Source of the DNA: Cercozoa sp. M6MM
Lineage: Eukaryota; Protista; Endomyxa: Ascetosporea
DNA length: 64,000 nucleotides
Strand: one strand, 5' to 3'
Assembly (NCBI GenBank): GCA_040357565.1
Contig: JBDODJ010000018.1
The position numbers and the translations under genes are program-made. A model generated the notes under the pieces. It was not told the DNA's origin. It saw only the letters and a program-made list of their open reading frames with translations, and searched no databases. Shown piece after piece: positions 38,143-51,159 of the stretch; positions within the stretch are counted from its first letter, which is position 1; each line of letters starts with the position of its first letter.

Positions 38143-40459
38143 TTACCGTTCGCGTCGCGCCCGAACACGAAGGAGCTGCCGGGTGGCCACAAAAGCCAAC
38201 GTCGGCAGCGCGAGCCAGGTCAACGCTTGTGTCAGCGCACGCACTGGACATCGATGCTGTGCTTTCTTGTGAGGGCTGCTCAAGTCAGTGCTGGGACTGC
38301 CGCCGCTGTTGGCACGCAGGTTGCGTCGAGCGATGGCACGGGCACCCAGGAGACCCACCTTTGTTAAAACACAAGAGTTCATAGAAACATAGTCGAGGGC
38401 ACAATAAGGCAAGGCTACATGTTCGTTGATGACGAGGTAGAGCGGAAATTGTTTCAACCACGGCGACACGCGACCCTTGGAGCACACTGCCCAGGACACG
38501 GAGATTACCAAGGCATCAAGAAGTGCACACGAAGGAGATACCCTTGTCATGGAAGGCGGCACCGCCCTTGTGGAGCAAGAGTGGCGCCAGCTTCGGTGCG
38601 ATACCACCGGCCACATAGATACCACTCGCACTCCTACTTGAGAGCACATTATAGTGATTGACAGTTGGCTAAACTAGGAAAGCGGGTAGAGTACCAGGTG
38701 GAGATAGCGTAGTCGCCCACAGCGTTGGCGTAGCAGTCTACCCACTCTAGGTACAGACAAAAGACACCCCCGACAGTTGAAAAGAAAAAAACGCACCAAG
38801 CCAAAACCGGAGTGCGCGCAAGCACCTGTTGTCATGACCTTCCTTGAACTAAGGACACGAGACATACCATATCCCTGCCGGAAAGACAGCCGCTTACAGC
38901 AGCGAGTCCTAGTCGCGAGATGGCGGCAGGTCGTGACTCGACTGCCGTCTGCGCGATCTCTTCATCCTCAGCATCGGCAGCACCCTCCTTCTGCAGAAAC
39001 CAAGACACGTGCCTAGGTGGGAACCCTTCCGTGCATACCAGGGGCTGTGCACCTACCTGCAGGAAGAACTCATAGACGCGCAGAATTCCGCTGCCAGAAA
39101 CGACGCGTTCCACCGAGACGCGATCAAGCGAGTCTCTCTGCAGGTACACCGAACCAGACACCCTACCGGTTTGAGCAAAAAGATTTCAGCGACTCTACCT
39201 TTCGGATGAACTCGCGCAACTCGAATTCGGCGCGTTTGCGCGGCGCAAAATTCTGTCGTATCCAAGTAGCGCGATGGCTTAACACAAGAGGTATTTAAAT
39301 TGAGATACGGCATGGCCGCCTTCGGTGCCGTGTGCAACGTAGTGGTCGCCATTGTGAGTGGCGTACACCTAGATATCATGAGAAGGTAGCTGTGTCTACA
39401 GGTGGGAGCATTCACAACCGTACCATGCCAAGACCAGTGCCGGCACCGACCTGTAGTCCAGGGATACAGAGAGGTAGAAGAGAAGGGCAGACGACTGTAC
39501 ACAGGCGATAGGCGAGTGACGGTCTTCGATAGAGACGTCATCGTCCTCAAGGTCACTCGCGTTGCCGCTCTCACCGTCGCCATTGAAATCACTGCACTGA
39601 CTGTCACTGCTGCTTCCCTGTGCAACAAATGTGACAGCGCACGCAACACACACACACACACATGTACACACAGACACACAGACACACAGACACACAGACA
39701 CACAGACACACANNNNNNNNNNACACACAGACACACAGACACACAGACACACAGACACACAGACACACAGACACACAGACACACACAGACACACACAGAC
39801 ACACACACACACAGACACACACACACACAGTCCAGCAGTGGTACACTGAGACGAATGACGTCACTGCGCGCGAGTTCTGGTAGACCATACCCCACAGCCA
39901 CGAAGTCGTTCACAATGGTCTGATTGCACACGTGCGTACATGCGCAAATACACACATCAGTACACAAAAACTTGGGCACCACAGTCTGTCTCGGCAGCCC
40001 AAGTGACTCGGCGAGCACGTCGGCACTGCAGTGCCAGCTCTAACACATGTAGAGTACAAACAACACATGTACATGGTGTGCAGATCCAAGTGTATATTAC
40101 GACATTGGTAAGTCGCACTTCACCCTTCTCGACCGGCCCAGCGATGGCGAGACAAACGGCACCCAATCGCACATTCTTCTTCAACGATAACAAACAAGGT
40201 ACCATCGCCACAGATACACCGGAGGAACCAACGCACCACCCCCGACTGTTGCAAGAACAACATGATCAATGGCGCCAAACCCGAGTGCTCTTGAGTCTTG
40301 AATACGTGCTCATGCAGCGCCTGGGGCACACAAAGTAAAAATGCCGCGATTGGTCGCACGCGACACGGGATCGTCCCTCACCTCATCGCGACCATCGCGA
40401 AACAACTGCAGACGGCAATTTGTGCCGCCCACATCGCCTACTAGATAGTACTGCCGCAT
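38143..40459 (-). CDS. glk: bacterial-type (Glk family) glucokinase with acidic insertion and C-terminal hydrophobic tail
   Basis: YLVGDVGGTNCRLQL, LAIAGPV..RLTN, IVNDFVAVGYG, GAGTGLG, EGGH, RVSVERVVSGSGI, IYVAGGIAPK, KGRVSPWL..PLYLV, VGLLGA. Confidence 0.92.
39645..39829. repeat. intronic (CAGACACA)n/(CA)n satellite containing a 10-N gap (39713-39722)
   Basis: Direct inspection; lies in a glucokinase intron. Confidence 0.95.
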
Positions 40460-40856
40460 CTTCGTACACCAAAATGTCTACCTATCGACTGTACGACCTT
40501 GGCTTCACTAACTTGAACAAATAAAAAATGGTACTGTTCAAGAATTGCATAAATGATAAAAGTGTCAGACTGTAGCAGCATTAGATAGTTCGTTGGATTG
40601 TGCACCCTCTCTTTGGATTTCTTTCAACTTATATGAAAGAATGTAGCACAACCATCACCCCCCTTGTCAGTTGTTGTTGGGCTCACCACGGAAATATAGA
40701 GCCAGAATGAGTCGGAAAACAGCCGTTCTGGCCACGCTCACACTCGCCACACGTGCTCATACTGTGTTTAGGTGCGTGTTTGTTAGTTATAGTGCACAGT
40801 GTGTCTATTGGTCGTGTAAGCCTGTTTTTTCTTGTGACTTAGATCAGGTCTGAAGA

Positions 40857-43034
40857 ATGGAGCACGTTGAGAAGCTCGAGTCGCAGCTCTGGCAGCTGCT
40901 GGGCGATGTGCAGACGCGCTGCGCTGAGCAAGTGCCGGCACTGGCCGATGATGTACCCCTGAGACGATATATTTCTGCCGTCAGTGTCTGATCGTGTCTT
41001 TGATCGTGTGTATGATCCTTGTTGGAGCAGAAAGTGTTTCTGGCCACTCTCCTCGGCGGTGCGCTTCTGATTGTGCTGCTTGGCAAAGCCATGTTTAGCA
41101 AGAAGGTAGTCAGCTCATTGCGGCGGATGCCTTTGCCTTGATATCCCTGGTGTGTTCAGTACAACCGTGCTCCACGCTTCAACTACTTCCTTCGTGCACT
41201 TTCGGGCGAGTTCGACATGAAGAACGAGGGTGCTTTTTCTGTTTTAAAGTGCACATGTTTGTGTGTGCGTCTGCTTACTCTGTCTATACAGGCCCGCTCA
41301 AGCTACTGCGCAAGGGTGTTGAGGAGTGCGGCGAGATTTTCCACATGAAGGTGCCAGCACACCATGTCTTACGTTTGCATACGCCTGAAGTCTGTTTCTC
41401 GCAGGTCGCGCACAAGAACCTTACTGTTCTTATGGGTCCCGAGGCCACCAAGGTCATGTTCGAGAGCAAGGACCACGAAATCGGTCAGAAGGAGGTATGT
41501 GCTCTAAGCTCCGCTTGTGTTTGTGTACCTGCGTGTGCTCGTGTTAGGTGTACGATTTCACGATTCCCGTGTTCGGCAAGAACGTCGTCTACGACTCGCC
41601 CGTCGAGGTACCCATGGTTGTTTTGTGTCCCGATGTGTGTTCCTCTATCTTGTGTACAATGCTTGTATGTATGTTCACCAGGTGATGGCGCAGCAACTGA
41701 AGTTTGTGTCGACGGCGCTCAAGAAGCGAAATGCTCTGCGCAACGCTGTTCCCAAGGCCGCTGGTACAAATTACACACACACATACACACACACACACGC
41801 GCACACACGAGCACGTATTATCTACTGTGTTGACAGGCGAGGCTTTCAAGCACGTTGCCGCTGTATTTTTTGCCCTTTCACCTGCCCATATATATATATA
41901 TATATATATGTGTGTGGGTGTGTGTATTTGTGGGTGTGTGTCAAAATGTAGATGTACAAGGAGGAAGGAGAAATCAACATTCACGAAATGTGCTCTGTGC
42001 TGACGCTCAACTCGGCTGCGCGTGTATCATATGTCCTAACCCATATCCGTTCGTTCCACCTTTACCCCCCCCCCGGTGCAGGTGCTGCTGGGTGACACGT
42101 GTCGCGAGTCGTTGCGACACGAATTCGGCTCGCTGTACCAGGTAAGCAGAACAGTGTAGTGCTCAGTGCCACGTAATACGTGTGCACCTATGCGAAGGAT
42201 TTGTCGGACGGCATGTCGCACTTGTCCTACTTCCTGCCGTACCTGCCCACCAAGGTGTGCTTCTTTTAAAGACGCAATGTTTGTACTCTCATACACTATT
42301 ATGTGTAGGCGCATCGACAGCGCGATGCTGCTCGCAAGAGAATCGGCGAGGTCTTCAAGGTACGTTTACTATTTTTGAGTTGTTTCCTCGATCGCACCTT
42401 TAGCACTCTATCTATCCAGAATGTGATCAAGATGCGCAAGGCGTCGGGCGTGTCTGAGGACGGCTTCCTTGTACTCTGCTCTGTGCTTCCCCATTCCCTT
42501 TCTGTTGCGCATAATTTCGGTGGCGCCAGGATGTGCTGCTTGATGCTCGCTACCGCGACGGTCGCAAGCTCAACGGTGTCTTGGCTTTCGCTTCCTGTTT
42601 GTTCTACCGTTGTAACCTTGTTATCTCCCTTCTTAGACGACGAGATCTGCGGTCTCACGGTGGCCGCTCTCTTTGGCGGTCAGCACACCTCGGCCATCAC
42701 GTACACATTAAGTCTATGTTATGCTCTGTCAGACCTTGGATTCCGAGTCCTTGTCTCAGCACGACGTGGCTGGCCATGCTGACATCCATGCCGCAGTACC
42801 GGTACGTGGCCGACAAGATTCGCGAAGAGTTTGAGGAGGCACTGCAGAAGACCGACTACGTGCTTAACTGGGTGTGTTGACCTTGACATGTCCGACCCCC
42901 GTGGGGATGTATGCTCCTGTGCTCCTGGCTGTAGGAGACAGTGGAGCTCATGCCGTTCGCGCACGCGTGCGTTAAGGAGACGCTGCGCATGTTCCCGCCG
43001 CTCATCTCGCTGCTGCGGTGTGCTGGCATAGGGC

Positions 43035-43073
<39 letters not shown>

Positions 43074-43795
43074 ATATTTGGCCATGTATGTATATATGAC
43101 ATGTAAGGTGTGCAGATACGCCCGAGCTGACCTCAAGTGCGGCAAGTACGACATCCCCAAGGGTACGTGATAGATCCCTTGTGTGTTGCCCATGGGTATG
43201 GGCACGCTCGTATCACACAGGCGACATTGTGGTGACGTCGCCGTCGGTGCTGCACCACCTGCCGCAGTACTACGAGGACCCGGAAGTGTTCAAGCCTGAG
43301 CGCTTCTTGCACGAGGACGTCTCGGTCGAGAACCAGCACGGTAGTTTTCCTTCTTTGTCTTTTGGCCCATTGTGATATATGCATGTGTTGTGGCGATGCA
43401 GGCTCGTCCTTTAACGATACCAAACACCTCTACATTCCGTTCGGCTCGGGCCGACACTGTACGCTCTCACATTGTGTTTTTGTTGTCGTTTCCTTATGTG
43501 AGTATACTTGCGTCTTTTGACCTACCGTAGCCTGCATGGGCGAGCGCTACGGCATCTTGCAGATCAAGATCGTGTTCGCTATCATGCTGCGTGAGCTCGA
43601 CTTTGAACTCGTGAATCCCGACTTTGATCCCAAGGTCGATTACTCCGCCATTGTGGCTGGTACCTTTCTCCGCACCTACATGCCTCTCCTCCTCCTCTTT
43701 AGTGCAAACTCTCGTGCACAGGCCCGCCGCACGAAGACTGCATGCTGCGCTACAAGCGTCGCCACCCGTCGCCCGAGATCAGCATTGAGATCTAA
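40857..43795 (+). CDS. CYP51: sterol 14-alpha-demethylase cytochrome P450 (22 exons)
   Basis: N-terminal TM anchor, EVYDFTIPVFGKNVVYD, AALFGGQHTS, KETLR, FKPERF, heme motif FGSGRHSCMG. 21 GT-AG introns splice into one open frame. Confidence 0.95.
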
Positions 43796-44207
43796 CTAAA
43801 CGTTAACTCCTCCGTCCATGCATGTCGCGTGCTTACGATTTAAAGGGCCGTAGTACGTATAGCCAGGCGCCGCCCCGGCGTGGTACTAAATAGTCCAATA
43901 TTTGATCGGATGAGGCCAAACAACTACCACACTGAGGCTATAAGGTTAAGTTTAGATACGGGTGGTAGATGGCCGTGCAATTTCGACCCACCCTAGACTG
44001 GTGCAGGGGAATTGACGTAGCTGTTGATTCTGTACAGACTCAACTAACTAACTACTGAAGCTTATAAGGTCTGCAATGCCTGTCTTACAGATTTTTTGTC
44101 CTCTCGACAGTCGCTTCCGGTGAGTCGACACTCGTCGCTCGCGTCGTCGCGTCTGTCGGTTCTTTCAATGCACATGATTGGCTTGTTTCTCACTCGAGCT
44201 AGTCGGA

Positions 44208-45410
44208 TCAATCGGAGAGAGGCGCGCTTTGCGGACGAAGTGGACGCGCGAGCTGCGAGGATGACGTAACAGAGACGAGCTTGCCGCCAATGTGCACGGC
44301 CTCGATGACGCTGCCGTTAACTGAGCGTGCAACGGCTGCGGTCATGATGTCGCCTGCCACAGCGAGTGCTGCTGGGTGATGTTGATGCAGTAATTGCGTT
44401 TGGAGGAGTTGTAGCTGCTGAGACTTGCTCGACCTGGGCGAGTCAGTCTTGTCGACTGCACGTGCTTGGTGAAGCGCATCTGATGCTTGATTAGGGGCAT
44501 GTTCAGCATTTGCTTCGTGTGCGACACTTCCATGTCGATCGACATGCAAGCACGCGTACACGAGTGTCAACAGTGTACATAGCACACTCAGCGGTGTCCA
44601 CGCCGTTGTATATGCGAGAATGACTGCCGCCAAATGTAGCAGCGACGTGGCGAGCCACACCAGTGACAGCAGCCACCAACCTGCAGCCATGCGCTGCCGA
44701 AGCGCTTTGTTGACCGTACTGAGAGTTAGGTACATAAGATGTGCCAAGGTTTGGTGTGCGTCACAGCAAATATACCGAAACCGCAGGAGAACAGACATGT
44801 GCCGTCCGATCACGCAGACATGAAACGATGCTCCCAGACACTCGGCGACTGCATTTAGTGCCCTTTTCAAAATTCGTCAACCACAAAAAAATTTCAGCAG
44901 TTGGCCAAGTCCCTTGAGTTTCACAGCAAACTGAAACTATGTGCGACGAGGGCATGTTACATAGAGACCGACCAACCTAACGCAGGCACAATTGAGTGTG
45001 TACTCCATTGCACGAGTCGCAGTAGCAGGCATGGCACAAACAGCAGCAGCAACAGTACGCGCGCTGCACACAGTATTAAAATGCGGATTAACCTGGTAGT
45101 ACATAAGTTTGTATTTCCATACACTCAGTTATTTTATTACCATGCTGCGGATGACTGCGCGGTCGCATTGTCTTCACAGGCGCACATTCGCGCTGCACGA
45201 TTGCTTGAGCCTATATCACAATTCATCGGAAATCTCTGGGCCCAAGGGAGTCGGTCAATGTCAAACTGATAATTAGTTACCTGCACTTGAGCGGTCAGCA
45301 CCTGCGCAAAAAGTCGGAATGTTATGAATTAGGGCCTTGGAAGCCAAGTTTACCAAACACAAGCCAACATCTTGCAGCAGCATAAACACAGTTGAACCCG
45401 CTTGCTCCAT
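44208..45410 (-). CDS. hypothetical multi-pass membrane protein; start uncertain
   Basis: Hydrophobic exons (LIRILILCAARVLLLLLFVPCLLLRL; WWLLSLVWLATSLLHLAAVILA; LSVLCTLLTLVYA) with GT-AG introns. Confidence 0.55.
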
Positions 45411-46228
45411 TCTCAGGAAAAAGACCGCGGCATAGCAGAGGGAGGCAAGAGCTGACAAACGCCAGGTTTCTGCCACTGCGACATACCTTGACGAATTCAA
45501 GGCTGGCCGCACGAGGCTAACTCACACCAATACATCCAGTATTGATAAAATTCACTATCAGTTGATACAGGAGTGCCCCGGCACAAACAAGCGACGTTGA
45601 CAAGCCTAGGAGCGAAGCCATCTACTCCAGTGCTACGACTAGAAGGTTCTTCAGGGAATCAATATGAGGGTGAAATAATGACGTGCTGGTGACGTGCCAG
45701 ATGTCGTAAATCGTGTGGCACCAGGCTCAGGGCAAGTCACGCTAAGATTGTTGCTTGTGAATCTCCTGTAGTCGCTTGAGTTATTTATAAATTAGCGCGG
45801 TGGCTTAGTCCTACGAAAAACGAAATACCTTTATACATCTTTTGCTCTACCCCATACACCCTACCATTTACCCTCTTGATGCAACTGCTAATAATTCATC
45901 AACTGGAAGACGCACTCTTTCGGAGACGCCTTTGCGATGTCTCGCCGAGAAACAACGACGAAAAACTGCCGATCGTGTGGCTGGCTGCTGCAGAGTAAAT
46001 TGAATGCAGTTTAAACTTATATCTTATCCGTTTAATATACTCTTACTTGGTGTCCACAGGCTGGTCGCGGCGCAGGTGGAAGGCGCAAGAGCACAGCAGC
46101 TTCGGCTGGTATCAAGTTCGTTGTCGACTCACTTTGACTAATCTCCGGGAAGAGCGGAAGCGACGGACGTCTCTTCCCGCTGCGGCACAGGTACCGTCTG
46201 CCCCGTTCTTGTTCTTGATTTTGATGGT

Positions 46229-46341
<113 letters not shown>

Positions 46342-46441
46342 NNNNNNNNNNNNNNNNNNNNNNNNNNNNNNNNNNNNNNNNNNNNNNNNNNNNNNNNNNN
46401 NNNNNNNNNNNNNNNNNNNNNNNNNNNNNNNNNNNNNNNNN
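46342..46441. other. assembly gap (100 N) within (CA)n (46229-46487)
   Basis: Direct inspection. Confidence 1.
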
Positions 46442-46488
<47 letters not shown>

Positions 46489-46660
46489 GTCAGCATGAGA
46501 TCTGGTTGAAATCTGAATAGATTTTCCGTTGTGTCGTCAATGTCTTGCTTAAACTGGGGCATTTCGAATGCATTCATGTAAATATTTTCAAGCTTTTCTT
46601 CGTTCTACTTTTTGGCGATTCACTGGTGTTTGCCTACCCGGCTGTGATTGTGAATTGACA

Positions 46661-49600
46661 CTAAACTGAACGCTCTTTGTCATTTAAATCGCCAGAAGTG
46701 CTTCGCTCCTCGTATTTTCGTCCAGTTTCGGCGCTCTCGTCACGGTCCTCATCCGAAAGCTCGGCGGATGGTGTGAAGGCGCGTCTCAGGGCCCTCAACG
46801 GCGATGGACGCTCACCAGCAGCACCAACGCGTCTAATTCGCTGAAGCGCAGCCTGTGCGAAGCCTCCGAGATTTCTTCGGTCATCATCAAGAGAGCGTTG
46901 TGATGGCAAAGGTGCCGGTTCCTCGTGGCCCGCCAGTCGAGGCGCCGGAGATGCCGCAAGAAGAGCATGCACTCTCTCAGGGTCAAGGTTTCCCACTGAC
47001 AACGAGCCGCGGGTATGTTGAGGCTTTTCCCGTAGCGCTGCAGTTGTATTAAACCAACTCAATGACACAACCTTTATAGGTTTTTAGATCGCAGTTTTTG
47101 ATTGTACCTGTAGCAGCTTGCTGGGTAACTTCGAGACGGTCCAGTTGCACCTGCATCTTTTCCAGAATTCTTGTCAAGTCGTGCAGTTGGTTTCCTGCTC
47201 TCGATAACCTCGAACTGTGTTGGCTTACGCGATACATAAGTTTATAATCTCTTGTTAAAGTTACGCATTGTCTGAGTTCCTTCGGGTGGCGGAGCTCCAT
47301 TGCCTAGCGGCTCTTCAGATGATGAGTGCGAGTCTCTTCGGCGTTCCATCTTTTTCTGTCTCGATTCTCGAACCTTTGAAAAAAAAACACACACTTTTAA
47401 GCATATTGTTAGCGATTAGCCGATGAAAGACCGAACACTACAAAAAAAAACGTACTTGTTTTAAGATCTTGTGTCGTAGCGTTTCCCATCTGCCGGACGG
47501 TGACTCGCGATGACTCCAAATAAAAGCATCGAGGCCTTTCGCCAACAAGCTAAGTCCAAAAACAATGCGTCTGGACACAAGAGACATGAGAAGGCAATTT
47601 CTGTATCGAGCTTACGACCTCCTTTTTTTCGTAATGTCGGTTATCTTCTCATATCTTTCGCGAGCAACCTGGTTGAGGTGCGCAGATTTAAAACCCTCTA
47701 TCTCTTGTATTTATGACAAAGAACAGTCAATTTACTTTGGCGATTTCTCGGGACACGCTTTTGTGATGAACGAGAATTTTCCTGATACCACACCCATAAG
47801 GAAACAACGATCCAGACTTATTATTCATTGCTGTACCATAGTTCCTTGACTGGTATCTCGTAAATCTATGGCAGGAAAGGTGGAATTTAGACATAATAAC
47901 TTATGCTCAAGAAAGCAGCCGTGAGAACTGTTTTGGCGAACTTACAAGGACGTTGCTCGCGCATTTCACACTAAATGTAAGTTAATAAATTAACACATAA
48001 TTTGCACTACAATTCAGAGCACGTGACGGTATTTCTCAGTAAATACATCAAAGGATATGAGTATAAATTTTAACTTGTGCTTCATGGATGCAAAAACTGC
48101 AGGCAAAAATACTGGTGCCCCGATACAGCAGGGTAGGAAAAATACCTGTGAGTCCACGTTTGAGTAACGAACATGCCGATCAAGCCCAAAACGTCTCCCT
48201 CGGGCAATGTCAGGTACACTAATTTGCCGTCCTTACTGGAGACGATCTCAACAATCCCCGTGTGTATGATTCCGACTGTAGACGCAGGGTCACCTTTTCG
48301 GTACAGAAACTCGCCTAAATATACAGTACCCAGGGATCGGTAATACAAATTCAGCCGTTGTATGCTCAAACTTTTAATTGTACCATGACTCGCCATCTTT
48401 GGTGCCACCTTTGACAGCCATTCTCCGACAAATGCCCTGTGCACGGAGAAGTGCTTGAGGAAATGAGATCGTTCGATGAGTTCTTCGTGGATTTTCAGGG
48501 ATATCTCGTAGCAGAGCGCTCGCTGTATGAACGAACCCAATTTTACTTCTCGTAATTTGAAGGGGGGGGGCACTTTAAAGGCTCTTACCGGAAGGTCATC
48601 AAGGATTTCTCGTATGTCGACATGTTTACCAGGAGACTTCCAGAGCAACTGCATCTCCTTAATTACTCGATGCTGCAGGTCCACCGGAATGCTATTTACA
48701 CACCTGGATCACGAAAAGTGTCAGCAAAAGGCAAAATTTAAACCGACCCGTGTCTTCGCATGAATACGAGGAGTGCTGACATTCTTTCGCTGCGCATTTG
48801 ATGCAACAGGAAGTCACCGACTAATTTATCCAATATCCTGAACAAATCCGGATACCGAAACAGATTCGCTCGCCGATCTCCGGCCTGGACAACGGATGAG
48901 AGGGTACCGGCGATGAACGAAAACGTCGTGGCACCGATCAGAAGCATTGGTATAGAGAACCATAATTCTGTGTCACGCAAAAGCAAAGCAACAAAGTCTG
49001 CGTATGAATGAATGTTGAGTGGAGCAAGTGTAACTACCTTCGTACGTCATTGGCGTAATATCACCGTATCCAACAGTCGCCAACGTCGTGATACTCCAAT
49101 ACAGAGACACGGTGTATCGGTATAAGATGGCTGTTTCCTCGAATTCCATGTCCATCCCCTCGAAGGTCCGTGCAATCCACGACTCAGGTTTCAAGGTTCC
49201 GTCGTCGTATCTCGATAGGTCTCCCAGAAAATACCTGCAGATTAGAGCAGAATATATCAGGTACTCGTTGACGAAGTCTGGAGTAATACCAAAGGCAAGC
49301 AGAGAAGTGCCCAAAAGTCAATATAATCTGTCAACACACCAGTGCGACAGGGACGTAGCACGGTAGCCAAGTACAATATTGTCCAAAGTAAACCTGAATT
49401 TACAACAAAAAGACGTGTAAGCCGCAAAAAACCTTGATGTATGCGAGGACTGATCATAGACAAGACGGCTTCAAGTAACTCACGACATAGCACAACAAAA
49501 CTGACCTATACTCAATTGCCTCAAAGAATTTTTTGAAGCGATACGCACGAAGCAGTTTGAACAAGCGCATTAAACGCACGATTTTTAACAAGCGTGGTAC

Positions 49601-50546
49601 ACGCAGGACTTGCTTCAGATCTGCAATCCCTCCTTCAACCTGCACGTGACAACATTCCCAGTCGAACAGCATTCAGTTTTCGAAAAGACCGGGGATGAAA
49701 AGGTATCCAACTGATACTTACAAATAGTTGGAATGGGAAAGTCGCCAGTACGTCGAGTACAAACCATCCTTTGACATATCGTTTTGCGATGAGTTTTGGT
49801 TGAGTGACTAGAACCCCTTCGCTTGTTTCGTACGCCGACACGAACGAAACAAGGATGTCAGTAAAGAAGAGGCAATCAACGACCCATTCTAGCACTTTCA
49901 TCGTCTTCCCCATTTCAAATGCGAAGTTGAGCGGTAGAACGACGACAGTGTAGATCAACATTAAAATTACGGCAACTGCACAAGGTAAAGGAATACCCGG
50001 GCAGGGATAGAGAAGGGCGCATGATACCTTCCCAGTACTTTCGAAACGCTGAACCTGGCCTGCGTTTGCGATTGTATTCATCGGCTCAGGAAAAGGCAGC
50101 GTAGTTTACATAATGATGAAGCATGCAGGTGATGGCTGTTTCATTATCTCCTCGCCAGCTGTTTCGAGGTCGTAAAATGAAGCCTCGGAACTCCTCTCAC
50201 TTTCAGATTCCTCAACAGGATCCTTGAATTCTCTTCCAACGAACACCCTACAGAAGGAACTAGAACATTTATTGGCAGCCTTTCAACAGTGCAAAAAGAA
50301 TTCGAAGGAACTGACTCAGTTTCCATAGGACGACGATGCCGGAGTTTTTGGGATATTATGAGGTCTGTATATTTTCATGCTCGTCAACTTTAAAGCATGG
50401 TAATGCACTGTACCCGAATTGCGAACACTGTGTTCGACTGTGCAAGGTTTTTCCAACTCAGAAAAATGATCAGAAAAGCCACTCAACTCTGAAGTGTGAA
50501 CACTGCTTGGGCTTTTTCCCGACCTGCTCTCCGACCTACTGCTCAT
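46661..50546 (-). CDS. 6TM voltage-gated K+ channel with C-linker and cyclic-nucleotide-binding homology domain (KCNH/EAG-HCN-plant-Shaker superfamily); 3' end approximate
   Basis: VDCLFFTDILVSF, IAKRYVKGWFVLDVLATFP, S4 RVPRLLKIVRLMRLFKLLR, pore YWSITTLATVGYGDI, CNBD GEFLYRKGDP..GIVEI. Confidence 0.92.
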
Positions 50547-51159
50547 TTCAAATGCAACAGATCGGCGTTGCCTGTTTTTCTTCCTTGCAGTTGGCCTGTC
50601 GCCTGCAACTGGAACCCTCACCACGTCTGCGCAAAGCGCTTTCACAGACGGCGGAATACGTATCAAACGAAAGTAAAACGAAGGTAAATTGACTACCCGC
50701 ACTGGACTGACCTCCAGAAACAGTCATTGTGGGATTGCTCCTTTCGTACACTCGTCAAGATTAAAGTTGGCGAGCTCTGGTGCGTCACCAAATGACTTAA
50801 AGACTTCCGCGCGGACTCGTTGCGGGAGAACTGAGATTGAATGTTGTACCCCCGACCCTGGGAACAAAAAAAAAACGACTGGATTTTTAACCTCAAAGCG
50901 ACAGCGTCATATGCAGACAAGTGCTTAAAATTAGTATGATGCTTAGTTCTGCAATAATTTGCAGTCCTTTCTTGGCAGCCTGCACCGGCTCGGGCAGAAT
51001 CGACGAGCCGATCGGAAAGAAAGACAAGCAATCCATACGCTACGATCTGCGAGTGTTTCTGATTGTGCGTTAGTGTTGTGGATCTCCCGCGATCTGCTTG
51101 CTTATTGGCCTCAGGTGCACGAATCACTGGAGACGCATTTGAAAAACGCAAGCACAAAA

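Noticed and set aside
38143-40459. Bacterial contamination or very recent HGT of glucokinase
   Set aside because: The gene carries many host-style introns and microsatellites, and Glk-type glucokinases are known in several protist lineages.
33026-43795. Metabolic gene cluster (DAO, glucokinase, CYP51)
   Set aside because: Unrelated pathways interspersed with unrelated genes; no evidence of functional clustering.
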